A stretch of DNA of 64,000 nucleotides, from NCBI GenBank assembly GCA_038062015.1, contig JBBTXZ010000005.1:24215-88214 (forward strand). The letters are read 5' to 3'. The notes under the pieces are model-generated. The model had not been told where the DNA came from. It saw only the letters and a list, made by a program, of their open reading frames with translations, and ran no database searches. The DNA is from Patescibacteria group bacterium. Its GTDB lineage: Bacteria > Patescibacteriota > Minisyncoccia > 2-02-FULL-40-12. Of the stretch, positions 1 through 9,436 are shown in pieces. The first letter of the stretch is position 1; each line of letters begins with the position of its first letter. Both the position numbers and the translations under genes were made by a program.

Positions 1-351
1 AGCAAACTTTGAAGCCGTTTTGAGCGCGGCTCCTAAATTTACCCTCCCGGGCATCCTGTCGGATATTCGTAAAGAGCTGGAAGGTGCTACTTCCCCTATG
101 GGATAAGACTTTGGACGTGGACCCAGGTTTTTTGAGGCAATTTCCCGTTTGACCCGACGCGCGTTTTTCTGATAAGCGATTAGTGATTCTCTCGTTGTCA
201 GCCAACGGCCGTTGGCTTCACGAAGAGCATCAATTCTCTGCTGGCGGCAAAGCCGGCTGATATGATCAATTTCATACCCAAACTCTCGAGCTAACTCGCT
301 TATCGGAATGTACTCGGTTTTGTTTTGGTTGTTGCCGTAAAAACCCGACAA
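1..351 (-). CDS. Partial (runs off left edge) protein with N-terminal excisionase/HTH-like domain
   Basis: Hand translation of the minus strand from TTG at 351 is open to base 1: ...EYIPISELAREFGYEIDHISRLCRQQRIDALREANGRWLTTRESLIAYQKN..., an HTH-like pattern. Not in the ORF track because it is truncated by the window edge. Confidence 0.65.
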   Translation of the reverse strand, partial: MSGFYGNNQNKTEYIPISELAREFGYEIDHISRLCRQQRIDALREANGRWLTTRESLIAYQKNARRVKREIASKNLGPRPKSYPIGEVAPSSSLRISDRMPGRVNLGAALKTASKFA

Positions 352-434
352 ATCATAACATCCAAGTCTTTACCAAATACCCGACATCACGCTGAGCGGA
401 TATTCGTCGTGCTCAGCGCGACATTCCGACATAT
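274..434. repeat. 161-bp direct repeat, copy 1
   Basis: atacccaaactctcgagc...cattccgacatat, identical by eye to 832-992. Confidence 0.9.
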
Positions 435-831
435 CCAATTTTTAAAGTATATGTCGTGTGTATATAAATTATCTTATATACCAAGATAGCGCGTCAATAG
501 GTTTTTGTTGATAAGTTTATTAAAATCCTTACCCGTGTCAAATCTATTAGGATTTCGCTTTGGCTGACATTTTTTGGAGGTACGAATAGCTTATCTCAAG
601 TTTTTTGATTTTTTTGACTCGATTTTTGATTTCAAAAGGCCTTAAGCCGTTTTTCATCAATTTTTTACTTTTTTGATAGTTTATTAATGACTTTCTATGA
701 TACTTTATATATGTTTTAGCTATTTATAATACTTTTATTTTAAGATTTTTCATGATTTATTCGTTTAATTTTTAAATTTAGTTTTAATAGTAAAAATAAC
801 GAAAACTGCGGCGCCGATAATATCCATTCTT

Positions 832-992
832 ATACCCAAACTCTCGAGCTAACTCGCTTATCGGAATGTACTCGGTTTTGTTTTGGTTGTTGCCGTAAAA
901 ACCCGACAAATCATAACATCCAAGTCTTTACCAAATACCCGACATCACGCTGAGCGGATATTCGTCGTGCTCAGCGCGACATTCCGACATAT
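832..992. repeat. 161-bp direct repeat, copy 2 (duplicated leader and 5' end of the HTH gene)
   Basis: Same sequence as 274-434, offset 558 bp. Confidence 0.9.
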
Positions 993-996
993 AGAG

Positions 997-1389
997 CTAA
1001 AAAGAGGAATTGTCGTATAAAGTCATGAAAGTAATGGCGCCGATAATATCCATTGCTAAGTCATTGATAGTGTCATTAAGATTGCCCATACAGCAGATGA
1101 TTCCATGTGTATTATAAAGATAACTACTTAAGAAGGCGGTAGCTATATATTCTGAAAATTCCCAGATAACGCCGATAAAGACCGTTGCCCCTGTAATTAT
1201 GAGTAGTTTCTTAATTTTTCGGCCTTTCATATACTCTTTTAAATAGTTATAGAAAAACATAGCCACAAAAAAACCGCCTAAAAAGTGGAGAATTATGTCG
1301 AAATACAGAATTCGATAGAACCTGAAACCGAGGCCGAAAACCATATCAATCAGGAAAATCAGGATTAAAAACAGAATTGCGGTTCTCAT
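997..1389 (-). CDS. Small integral membrane protein (DUF2238/VanZ-like)
   Basis: Hydrophobic helices with FDIILHFLGG, GVIWEFSEY and DTINDLAMD motifs. ATG at 1389 avoids overlap with ileS. Confidence 0.7.
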   Translation of the reverse strand: MRTAILFLILIFLIDMVFGLGFRFYRILYFDIILHFLGGFFVAMFFYNYLKEYMKGRKIKKLLIITGATVFIGVIWEFSEYIATAFLSSYLYNTHGIICCMGNLNDTINDLAMDIIGAITFMTLYDNSSF

Positions 1390-1414
1390 TTTATTAGTGT
1401 AATAATCAATATAT

Positions 1415-4400
1415 ATGAAGCCTGAATTCAGTTTACCGAGAACAGAAGAAGAAATCCAGAAGTTTTGGGAGGCCAACAAGGTTTTTGAAAAAACTCTCGA
1501 AAACCGCAAGCGAGGCAAAAAATTTGTTTTTTATGAAGGACCGCCCACGGCCAACGGCCTGCCTCACATCGGTCATTTTTTGACCCGGGCGTTTAAGGAT
1601 TTGTTCGTTCGCTATAAAACTATGCGCGGTTTTTTTGTCCCCCGCCGGGCCGGCTGGGATACTCATGGCCTGCCAGTTGAAATAGAAGTTGAAAAAGAGC
1701 TCGGATTGAAATCAAAAAAAGAAATTGAAAAATACGGCATTGCCAAGTTCAATAAAAAAGCAAGGGAATCGGTCTGGCGCTATAAAGGTGAATGGGAGAA
1801 ATTTTCAAAGCGAATCGGATTCTGGCTGGATTTTGACAACCCTTATATCACCTATGCCAATGATTATATTGAAACGCTTTGGCATATAGTTAAGCAGTTT
1901 GATAAGAAAAAATTCCTGTATCAAGGCCATAAAGTTCTGCCCTGGTGCCCGCGCTGCGGTACTACCCTTTCAAGCCATGAAGTCGCTTTAGGATATGAAA
2001 GTATAACCGAGGATTCGGTTTATGTGAAGTTTAAAGTTACTGGCTATGAAAGATCACCGATCTATTTACTTGCTTGGACAACTACGCCTTGGACATTGCC
2101 CGGCAATGTTGCTTTGGCCGTTGGTAAAGATATAACTTATGTTAAGGGTTTTGTGCCGAATAAAGAGGAAATAGAATTTTATATCTTTGCAAAAGACCAA
2201 CTTCCTAAAATTAATGAAATTTTAGGTGAGGATTTGAATATAGTTACAGAATTCCCGGGAGGCGAGCTGGTCGGTTGGGAATACGAGCCCTTATTTGAAG
2301 TCAAAAAACTAAAATCCAATAAATCGTATAAAATTTATCCGGCTGATTTTGTGAATACCGAAGAAGGCGCCGGCGTAGTCCATACCGCGGTGATGTATGG
2401 AGAAGATGATTATCAATTAGGGGAAAAAGTCGGCCTGCCTAAACATCATACAGTAGATAAAGAAGGAAAATTCACTGAAGACGTTCCTGAATTTGCCGGC
2501 AGATTCGTTAAAGATGCCGAAAAAGACGTCATTGCTTACTTAAAAAACAAAAATCTTTTATTTAAAGTTGAACCTTATACTCATGATTATCCTTTTTGTT
2601 GGAGATGCAAAACGCCACTACTCTATTATGCGACCGATTCTTGGTTCGTAAAAACCACAGCCGTAAAAAAACAATTAATCGCCAACAACAAAAAAATAAA
2701 CTGGATTCCGCCCTACATTAAAGAGGGTCGTTTCGGCCAGTGGCTTAAAGAAGTCAAAGACTGGGCTTTTTCGCGAGACAGATATTGGGGAACGCCTCTG
2801 CCAATTTGGCATTGCCAAATTGGCAGAAGTAAAAAGTTAAAAGTTAAAAGTAAAAACTCAGATAATAATGGCTGCGGGAATTATTTAGTTATCGGATCAT
2901 TGGAAGAATTAGAGAAGCACCGCTATCAAAAACCAAACAGATACCATATCATCCGCCATGCCGAAAGCACAAAAAATATTGAGGGCCGGGAAATAAACAG
3001 CGTCAAACTGGAAAGTGATAAATATGATCTGACCGAAAAAGGGATCAACCAGGCCAGAAAATTAGCCAAAGATTTGAAAAACGAAAAAATAGACTTGATT
3101 TTCAGTTCCCCATTTTTAAGAGCTGAAAGAACCGCTGGAATAATAGCTGAAGAGTTGGGGCTTAAAGAAAAAGTTGACCACCGGCTTAAAGAAATAGACC
3201 ACGGAAGCGTCTGTGAAGGCAAGGATTATTTTGCCTGCATACCGAAAGGCCAATACCCTAACAAAGATTTTAACACTAAGTTCGGGCCGGATGGAGAGAG
3301 TCGGAATGACGTCAGAAAAAGAGTTTTTGATTTTATCAAAGAAACCGAAAGCAAATACGAAGATAAAAATATTTTAATCGTTAGCCACGGCGATCCTTTG
3401 TGGTTGATGGAGGGAATTTCAAAAAATCTTGGCGAAGAAGAATTATTTTCGGCGAAAAAGAACCAGATTTTGGGCATAAAAGATAATGCATTTAAGCTCA
3501 TTAAATTTGGAGAAAAAAGAGTTTTGGTTTTCGGCAATTATCCGAGGGATGAATTTGGGAATCCGGATCTTCACCGGCCGTATATAGATGAAGTTTTACT
3601 TAAATGCCCAAATTGTGGCGGCGGGACGCTAAGCGTCCCTGATAGCCACGCTCAGCGTGGCGAAATGAAACGGGTTCCGGAGGTAATTGATGTCTGGTTT
3701 GATTCGGGAGCAATGCCGTTTGCAAGTCGGCCTGACTTCCCGGCTGATTTTATAACCGAAGGCGTAGATCAGACCCGGGGCTGGTTCTACACTCTTTTGG
3801 CTGTTTCAACTCTTTTAGGCAAGAGTAATCCTTACAAAAATGTTATTTCTTTGGGTCATGTTTTGGATAAAGACGGGAAAAAGATGTCCAAGTCGCTTGG
3901 CAACGTGATTAAGCCTGATTATGTTATTGATAAATTCGGAGCTGATATTTCAAGATGGTGGTTTTATGGGGTTAATCAGGCCGGCGAATCAAAAAGTTTT
4001 CGAGAGGAAGAATTGAAAGAAATAACTAACGGCTTTGTCAGGGTGATTATAAATTCTTTGAGGTTTTGGCAATTATATAAAGGAAGTTCTAAAGCTAAAA
4101 TAAATTTCCACGATCTTAAAAATAAAAACTCTTTGAACTTATTAGACAGATGGTTATTATCAAAATGGAACAGTTTAGTTGATTTGGTTACAAAATCTTT
4201 GGATAAATACGACGCTACAACAGCAAGCAGAGAAATTGAAAAATTCGTGATTGAAGATTTATCCAATTGGTGGATTAGAAGAAGCCGGGATAAATTCCAA
4301 GTGCAACAAGGCGCTTCTCAGGAAGATTTACTAAGATTTGTCCTTTTGGAATTGTCGAAGTTAATTGCTCCGTTTGCGCCGTTTTTGGCGGAGTATCTGT

Positions 4401-5026
4401 ATAAGGAACTGCATCATGGTGTTAAGTTAGACGTGGCGAGTATTCATTTTCACAATTGGCCCAAAGCCGACAAAAAGCTGATTGATGAAAAGTTGGAAAA
4501 AGAAATGGAATTAGTGAGAGAGATTGTAAGTCTGGGCTTGGCGGCAAGGAAAGACGCGGGAATTAAGGTGAGGCAACCGCTGGCTTCGCTTGAAGTTTCA
4601 AAGTTTCAAAGTTTCAAAGTTTCAGAAGAGTTATTGAATCTAATAAAAGAGGAAGTGAATGTGAAAGACATAGAATTTAAAAGTTTAAAGTTTAAAGAAA
4701 CTGACAAAGAAGAACTATCGGTTGTTTTGGACACTGAAATTTCGCCGGCTTTAAGAGCCGGGGGTTGGGTTAGAGAATTTATAAGAATAATCCAGGATGC
4801 CCGAAAGGATGTCGGTTATGAATATGATCAAAAAGTCAGGGCTTACTGGTTTACTGAAGACAAATCTTTGGCCGAAGCCATAAAAAGAGAAGAAAAATTC
4901 ATAGTTCAAAAAACGGTTTTGAAAGAACTTCGCCAGTCTAACCACGACCCGAAGTTTGCCTATGATGTTGAAAAAGTCTGGGAGTTGGAACCGGGCCGAA
5001 AAATTTGGCTGGGATTGAAAAAGTGA
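1415..5026 (+). CDS. ileS: Isoleucine--tRNA ligase (type 2) with inserted histidine-phosphatase domain
   Basis: FYEGPPTANGLPHIGH, GWDTHGLPVE, WTTTPWTLP, SRDRYWGTPLP, EGVDQTRGWF, KMSKS; internal RHAES...VSHGD domain. Confidence 0.97.
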   Translation: MKPEFSLPRTEEEIQKFWEANKVFEKTLENRKRGKKFVFYEGPPTANGLPHIGHFLTRAFKDLFVRYKTMRGFFVPRRAGWDTHGLPVEIEVEKELGLKSKKEIEKYGIAKFNKKARESVWRYKGEWEKFSKRIGFWLDFDNPYITYANDYIETLWHIVKQFDKKKFLYQGHKVLPWCPRCGTTLSSHEVALGYESITEDSVYVKFKVTGYERSPIYLLAWTTTPWTLPGNVALAVGKDITYVKGFVPNKEEIEFYIFAKDQLPKINEILGEDLNIVTEFPGGELVGWEYEPLFEVKKLKSNKSYKIYPADFVNTEEGAGVVHTAVMYGEDDYQLGEKVGLPKHHTVDKEGKFTEDVPEFAGRFVKDAEKDVIAYLKNKNLLFKVEPYTHDYPFCWRCKTPLLYYATDSWFVKTTAVKKQLIANNKKINWIPPYIKEGRFGQWLKEVKDWAFSRDRYWGTPLPIWHCQIGRSKKLKVKSKNSDNNGCGNYLVIGSLEELEKHRYQKPNRYHIIRHAESTKNIEGREINSVKLESDKYDLTEKGINQARKLAKDLKNEKIDLIFSSPFLRAERTAGIIAEELGLKEKVDHRLKEIDHGSVCEGKDYFACIPKGQYPNKDFNTKFGPDGESRNDVRKRVFDFIKETESKYEDKNILIVSHGDPLWLMEGISKNLGEEELFSAKKNQILGIKDNAFKLIKFGEKRVLVFGNYPRDEFGNPDLHRPYIDEVLLKCPNCGGGTLSVPDSHAQRGEMKRVPEVIDVWFDSGAMPFASRPDFPADFITEGVDQTRGWFYTLLAVSTLLGKSNPYKNVISLGHVLDKDGKKMSKSLGNVIKPDYVIDKFGADISRWWFYGVNQAGESKSFREEELKEITNGFVRVIINSLRFWQLYKGSSKAKINFHDLKNKNSLNLLDRWLLSKWNSLVDLVTKSLDKYDATTASREIEKFVIEDLSNWWIRRSRDKFQVQQGASQEDLLRFVLLELSKLIAPFAPFLAEYLYKELHHGVKLDVASIHFHNWPKADKKLIDEKLEKEMELVREIVSLGLAARKDAGIKVRQPLASLEVSKFQSFKVSEELLNLIKEEVNVKDIEFKSLKFKETDKEELSVVLDTEISPALRAGGWVREFIRIIQDARKDVGYEYDQKVRAYWFTEDKSLAEAIKREEKFIVQKTVLKELRQSNHDPKFAYDVEKVWELEPGRKIWLGLKK

Positions 5027-5040
5027 TAGGATAGAGTTAA

Positions 5041-6738
5041 ATGATCCGTCGAATAATAATCGGTTTATTCATTCTTTTGATTTTCGGCACGGCTATTTTT
5101 TTGTTGTACCGGAGCGGATTCCGCGAAGGCAATGTCATTTTTAAAATAGAAGCTCCGGACCAAGTCTCATCCGGAGAAGAAATTGAATACCGGCTCATCA
5201 TTGAAAACAGAAACAATTTTGATTTGAATAACACCAAGCTTTCGTTGTCTTATCCCGGCGGAACGATTTGGTTCAATAAAGAAGGCCAGCCGTCCAATTC
5301 GGCGATCAATAATATTGATTCAGCCGGGTTTCAAAGACGCGAGAGAAAAGAATTTATTTTAAGGGCAATTTTGACCGGCGAAAAAGGCGAGATTAAAAAA
5401 ATAAAGGCCGAATTCACTTATAGCCCGAGCGGCATCAAGCCGGTTTTTCAAAAAAGCGCCGAAGCCGGAACAACCATTTCGAAAGTTTCCATCCCTCTAA
5501 CTTTGAGCGGGCCGCCCAATGTCCTGCCCGGCCAACTGGTTCAGATCTCCCTTGATTTAAGAAATGAAACCGAAGATGACTTTAAGGATTTAGAAGTAGT
5601 TTTTTCCTATCCCGACGGCTTCATTTTCAAAAAAGCTTCGTTTTTGCCGAACCAGAGCAATAACGTATTTAATTTGTCTTTGCTTAAATCAGGGGAAGGC
5701 GTGAGGATTACTATTGAAGGCAATGTTTCCGGTTTTGAAAAAGAAAGCAAAAGATTTATCGCCGCATTAAAAAGAAAAATAGACGGGAAATTCTTTGATT
5801 TTCAAAAAACCCAGGTTCTGCTTACTGTTTCGTCGCCTCTTTTAGCCCTTGATGTTTTAGTGAATGATTCAAAAGATTATATCGCTAAAGCCGGAGACAA
5901 TTTAAAATATAAGATTATATTTTCAAATAATTCCGACAATAACTTTTCAGCTTTGGAATTGTCCGTTAAGCTTGAAGGCCAGATGTTTGACTTGGTTAGT
6001 TTGAAGACCAGCGGCTTTTTTGATCAAAACTCCAGGACAATTTTATGGAACGCGGCCGCCGAGCCGGCACTGGCGAATTTAAGCCCCAATCAAAGGGGAG
6101 AAGTTTCTTTTGATATTAATCTCAAGCCGGATTTTCCAAAGGCTTTCGGCAAAAATTATTCTTTGAAGGCGGGTTCTTCAATCCAGACTTCGTCGGTGCC
6201 TCCGGATTTTAATTTGGATAAGATTACGGCTTTAGCCGAATTGATTACCAAAGTTAAATCAAAGACTGATTTCATCTCCAAAGCTTTTTATAATGATTTA
6301 GTGTTTTCAAACACGGGTCCGGTGCCGCCGCAAGTTGGCCAAAAGACCACTTATACGATACATTGGAAGATAGTCAACGAGGGTAATGACCTGACCAATG
6401 TCAGAATCGTTTCGTCGCTTTTACCAGGCATCAGTTGGGAGAATAAATTTAAAATTATGCCGATCCAGTCAGATTTGAATTATAGTCTTTCAACCGGACA
6501 GATTTCCTGGAGTGTTCCGACTGTGCCAGCCGGAACCGGAATTGTTTCCCCGGTTTTTGAAGCGGTTTTTCAGGTTGGTGTAACGCCAAGCGTGAATCAA
6601 TCCGGCCAGAATTTGGGGATTTTAAAAGAGGTGGTTTTTGAAGCGGTTGATAACTTCACCAAAGAGAAAATTAATTTAAGTCAGCCCGGGATTAATACCC
6701 AGTTCGGGGTGGATTCTCCGGGGACGGTGCAGCCATAA
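5041..6738 (+). CDS. Membrane-anchored protein with tandem Ig-like/DUF11-like beta domains
   Basis: N-terminal TM helix; repeated G-(E/D/Q)-x-x-x-Y-x-I-x-x-x-N units. Confidence 0.65.
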   Translation: MIRRIIIGLFILLIFGTAIFLLYRSGFREGNVIFKIEAPDQVSSGEEIEYRLIIENRNNFDLNNTKLSLSYPGGTIWFNKEGQPSNSAINNIDSAGFQRRERKEFILRAILTGEKGEIKKIKAEFTYSPSGIKPVFQKSAEAGTTISKVSIPLTLSGPPNVLPGQLVQISLDLRNETEDDFKDLEVVFSYPDGFIFKKASFLPNQSNNVFNLSLLKSGEGVRITIEGNVSGFEKESKRFIAALKRKIDGKFFDFQKTQVLLTVSSPLLALDVLVNDSKDYIAKAGDNLKYKIIFSNNSDNNFSALELSVKLEGQMFDLVSLKTSGFFDQNSRTILWNAAAEPALANLSPNQRGEVSFDINLKPDFPKAFGKNYSLKAGSSIQTSSVPPDFNLDKITALAELITKVKSKTDFISKAFYNDLVFSNTGPVPPQVGQKTTYTIHWKIVNEGNDLTNVRIVSSLLPGISWENKFKIMPIQSDLNYSLSTGQISWSVPTVPAGTGIVSPVFEAVFQVGVTPSVNQSGQNLGILKEVVFEAVDNFTKEKINLSQPGINTQFGVDSPGTVQP

Positions 6739-6787
6739 GGTAGAATTTAGGACTTAGAAATTAGAACTTAGAACCAGAAATTAAGAA

Positions 6788-8098
6788 ATGGAAGATAAGT
6801 TAAGCAAAATTGTTTCACTGGCCAAGCGCCGGGGTTTTATTTTCCCCGGTTCGGAGATTTACGGAGGGTTAGCCAACAGCTGGGACTATGGGCATGTTGG
6901 CAATGAACTGTTCAACAATCTAGCCAGTCTTTGGTGGAGTAAATTCGTTACCGAAAGAGACGACATGGTTGGAGTCAGAGGGACGGTCATAATGAATCCC
7001 AAAGTCTGGGAAGCTTCGGGCCATTTGCAGAGTTTCACTGACCCTCTCATCGAATGCAAAATTTGCCACAAAAGAATAAGGGCCGATAAAGAGGAAGAAA
7101 AACTGACCCACGAAGAATCGCACAACAACAAGAAAGAGAATCCGATATGGACCGAACCGAAAAATTTCAACCTTCTTTTCAAGACGTTTATCGGTTCGGT
7201 TGAAGACCAAAAGTCGGCCGTTTATTTAAGAGGAGAACTGGCCCAGACGATGTTTACGGATTTTAAGACGGTTTTAGACACCAATCGGCTCAAGCTGCCC
7301 TTTGGCATTGCCCAGATTGGCAAAGCTTTCAGAAATGAAATTACCACCGGTAATTTCATCTTCAGAACTAAAGAGTTTACGATAGCCGAGCTCGAATACT
7401 TTGTGAAGCCCGGCGAGGAAAATAAATATTTCAGGGAATGGCAGAATTTTATGGAAGAATTTCTGACCAACGAAATAGGCATCAAAAAAGAAAATCTAAA
7501 TTTATACGAACATCCCAAAGAGTCGCTGGCCCATTATTCAAAAGGGACGATTGATTTCCAGTATAAATTTCCGTGGGGCTGGGATGAACTGTGGGGGCTT
7601 GCTTCGAGAACTGATTACGATTTGAAAAATCACGAGAATTTTTCGGGAGAAAATCTTAAATATAAAGATCCGGAAACAGGAGATGAATTCTGGCCCTATG
7701 TGGTCGAACCTACCAGCGGATTAGACAGACTAATGCTGGCAGTATTGCTGGAATCATATAGTGAAGATGAAGACAGGGTGGTATTGAAATTTAAGCCCAA
7801 ACTGGCGCCGTATAAAGTTGGCATATTTCCATTACTAGCTAATAAGCCGGATTTGGTTAAGAAAGCGCGGGCGATTTACGAAGGTCTGAAAAAAGATTTT
7901 GAGGTTGTTTGGGACGACCGAGGCAATATCGGAAAAAGGTATTACTCGCAGGACGAAATCGGAACGGCTTGGTGCGTGACAATTGACCATCAGACCTTGG
8001 AAGACGATACGGTCACGGTCCGCGACCGTGACACGATGAAACAAGGAAGAATTAAGATTGAAGAGTTAAATAATTATTTTGAAGAACGGCTAAAATAG
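6788..8098 (+). CDS. glyQS: Glycine--tRNA ligase (alpha2 type)
   Basis: KRRGFIFPGSEIYGG, IAQIGKAFRNEIT, VVEPTSGLDR, IGKRYYSQDEIGT. Confidence 0.96.
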   Translation: MEDKLSKIVSLAKRRGFIFPGSEIYGGLANSWDYGHVGNELFNNLASLWWSKFVTERDDMVGVRGTVIMNPKVWEASGHLQSFTDPLIECKICHKRIRADKEEEKLTHEESHNNKKENPIWTEPKNFNLLFKTFIGSVEDQKSAVYLRGELAQTMFTDFKTVLDTNRLKLPFGIAQIGKAFRNEITTGNFIFRTKEFTIAELEYFVKPGEENKYFREWQNFMEEFLTNEIGIKKENLNLYEHPKESLAHYSKGTIDFQYKFPWGWDELWGLASRTDYDLKNHENFSGENLKYKDPETGDEFWPYVVEPTSGLDRLMLAVLLESYSEDEDRVVLKFKPKLAPYKVGIFPLLANKPDLVKKARAIYEGLKKDFEVVWDDRGNIGKRYYSQDEIGTAWCVTIDHQTLEDDTVTVRDRDTMKQGRIKIEELNNYFEERLK

Positions 8099-8099
8099 C

Positions 8100-8137
8100 C
8101 AACCTACAAAAAATGATATATCATTTTTTGTAGGTTG
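8100..8137. repeat. 38-bp perfect palindrome (ATGATATATCAT core)
   Basis: caacctacaaaaaatgata|tatcattttttgtaggttg. Confidence 0.9.
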
Positions 8138-8158
8138 AAGTTTGAAAACCCGAGATTT

Positions 8159-9436
8159 ATGAATCATGATTTCTTATTGCATCAATACGAAAACGGCCTG
8201 CGTCTTGTAGTCGTGCCGATGAAAAGCACCAAAACCGTGACGGTTTTGGTGCTGGTCGGCACCGGTTCCCGTTACGAAACCAAAGAGATCAACGGTATCT
8301 CCCATTTTTTGGAGCATATGATGTTCAAAGGAACGAATAAGAGGCCCAATACTTTGGATATTGCCAAAGAACTAGACTCAATCGGGGCCGAGTATAATGC
8401 TTTTACCCATAAAGAATATACTGGTTATTACGTCAAGGCAAGCAGTGAAAATTTAGACTTGATTACTGATGTCATATCCGACATATTTCTAAATTCAAAA
8501 CTTGACGAGAAGGAAATTGAAAAAGAAAAAGGAGTCATTATAGAAGAAATAAATTTATATCTGGACAATCCGCCCCGCTATGTAGGCGATTTATTCGAGA
8601 ACTTGCTTTACGGCGATCAGCCCTTGGGTTGGAATATTGCCGGAGAAAAAGACGTCGTCAGAAAATTGAACCGCAATAATTTCGTTGATTATTTCAATTC
8701 CCATTACGTAGCAAAGGACACTATTATTGCTGTCGCCGGTAACATAGATAAAGAAAAAGTGAGAGACGAACTGGTGCCGAAATTTTTCGGGGAAGCAAGA
8801 ATCGGGGGAAAATTGGACCGGCTGCCGGCGTCTGAATCCCAAACCAAGCCAAAAGTCCTTGTCCATTATAAAAAAACCGACCAGACTCACTTTATTTTGG
8901 GGGTTCGGGCTTACGATATGTTTTCTTCGAAGCTTCAAGCCGCTCAGATTTTATCGGTAATACTGGGCGGCGGCATGAGCTCGCGGCTTTTTATTCAAGT
9001 TCGAGAAAGGCAGGGTTTGGCTTACTATGTAAGTTCAAGTCTGGATCTTTATACTGATAAGGGATATCTGGCGACCCAGACAGGAGTGAATAATGATTTA
9101 GTGGAAAAAGCGATCGTTACGGTTTTGGAAGAATACAAAAAAATAAAAGAGAATATCGTGCCGGAAGAAGAGGTAAAAAAAGCAAAAGAATTTATAAAAG
9201 GAAAACTGGTTATCGGGCTTGAACAATCTGATGATCTGGCCGCTTACTATGCTAACCAGTGGCTTTTAAAGAACGAAACATTGACCCCGGAGGAAAAATT
9301 AAGTAAAATTATGGCAGTTACGGCCGATGAAGTTCAAGAAGCGGCCAATGAAATTTTCAGGCCGGAGAAGCTTAATCTAGCCTTAATTGGTCCGTTTGAA
9401 GACAAAGAGAAGTTTGAAAAACTATTAGAAATATGA
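8159..9436 (+). CDS. M16 family zinc peptidase
   Basis: Inverted zincin motif GISHFLEHMMFKGT, NAFT, LGGGMSSRLF..VRERQGLAY. ATG at 8159 preferred. Confidence 0.93.
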   Translation: MNHDFLLHQYENGLRLVVVPMKSTKTVTVLVLVGTGSRYETKEINGISHFLEHMMFKGTNKRPNTLDIAKELDSIGAEYNAFTHKEYTGYYVKASSENLDLITDVISDIFLNSKLDEKEIEKEKGVIIEEINLYLDNPPRYVGDLFENLLYGDQPLGWNIAGEKDVVRKLNRNNFVDYFNSHYVAKDTIIAVAGNIDKEKVRDELVPKFFGEARIGGKLDRLPASESQTKPKVLVHYKKTDQTHFILGVRAYDMFSSKLQAAQILSVILGGGMSSRLFIQVRERQGLAYYVSSSLDLYTDKGYLATQTGVNNDLVEKAIVTVLEEYKKIKENIVPEEEVKKAKEFIKGKLVIGLEQSDDLAAYYANQWLLKNETLTPEEKLSKIMAVTADEVQEAANEIFRPEKLNLALIGPFEDKEKFEKLLEI

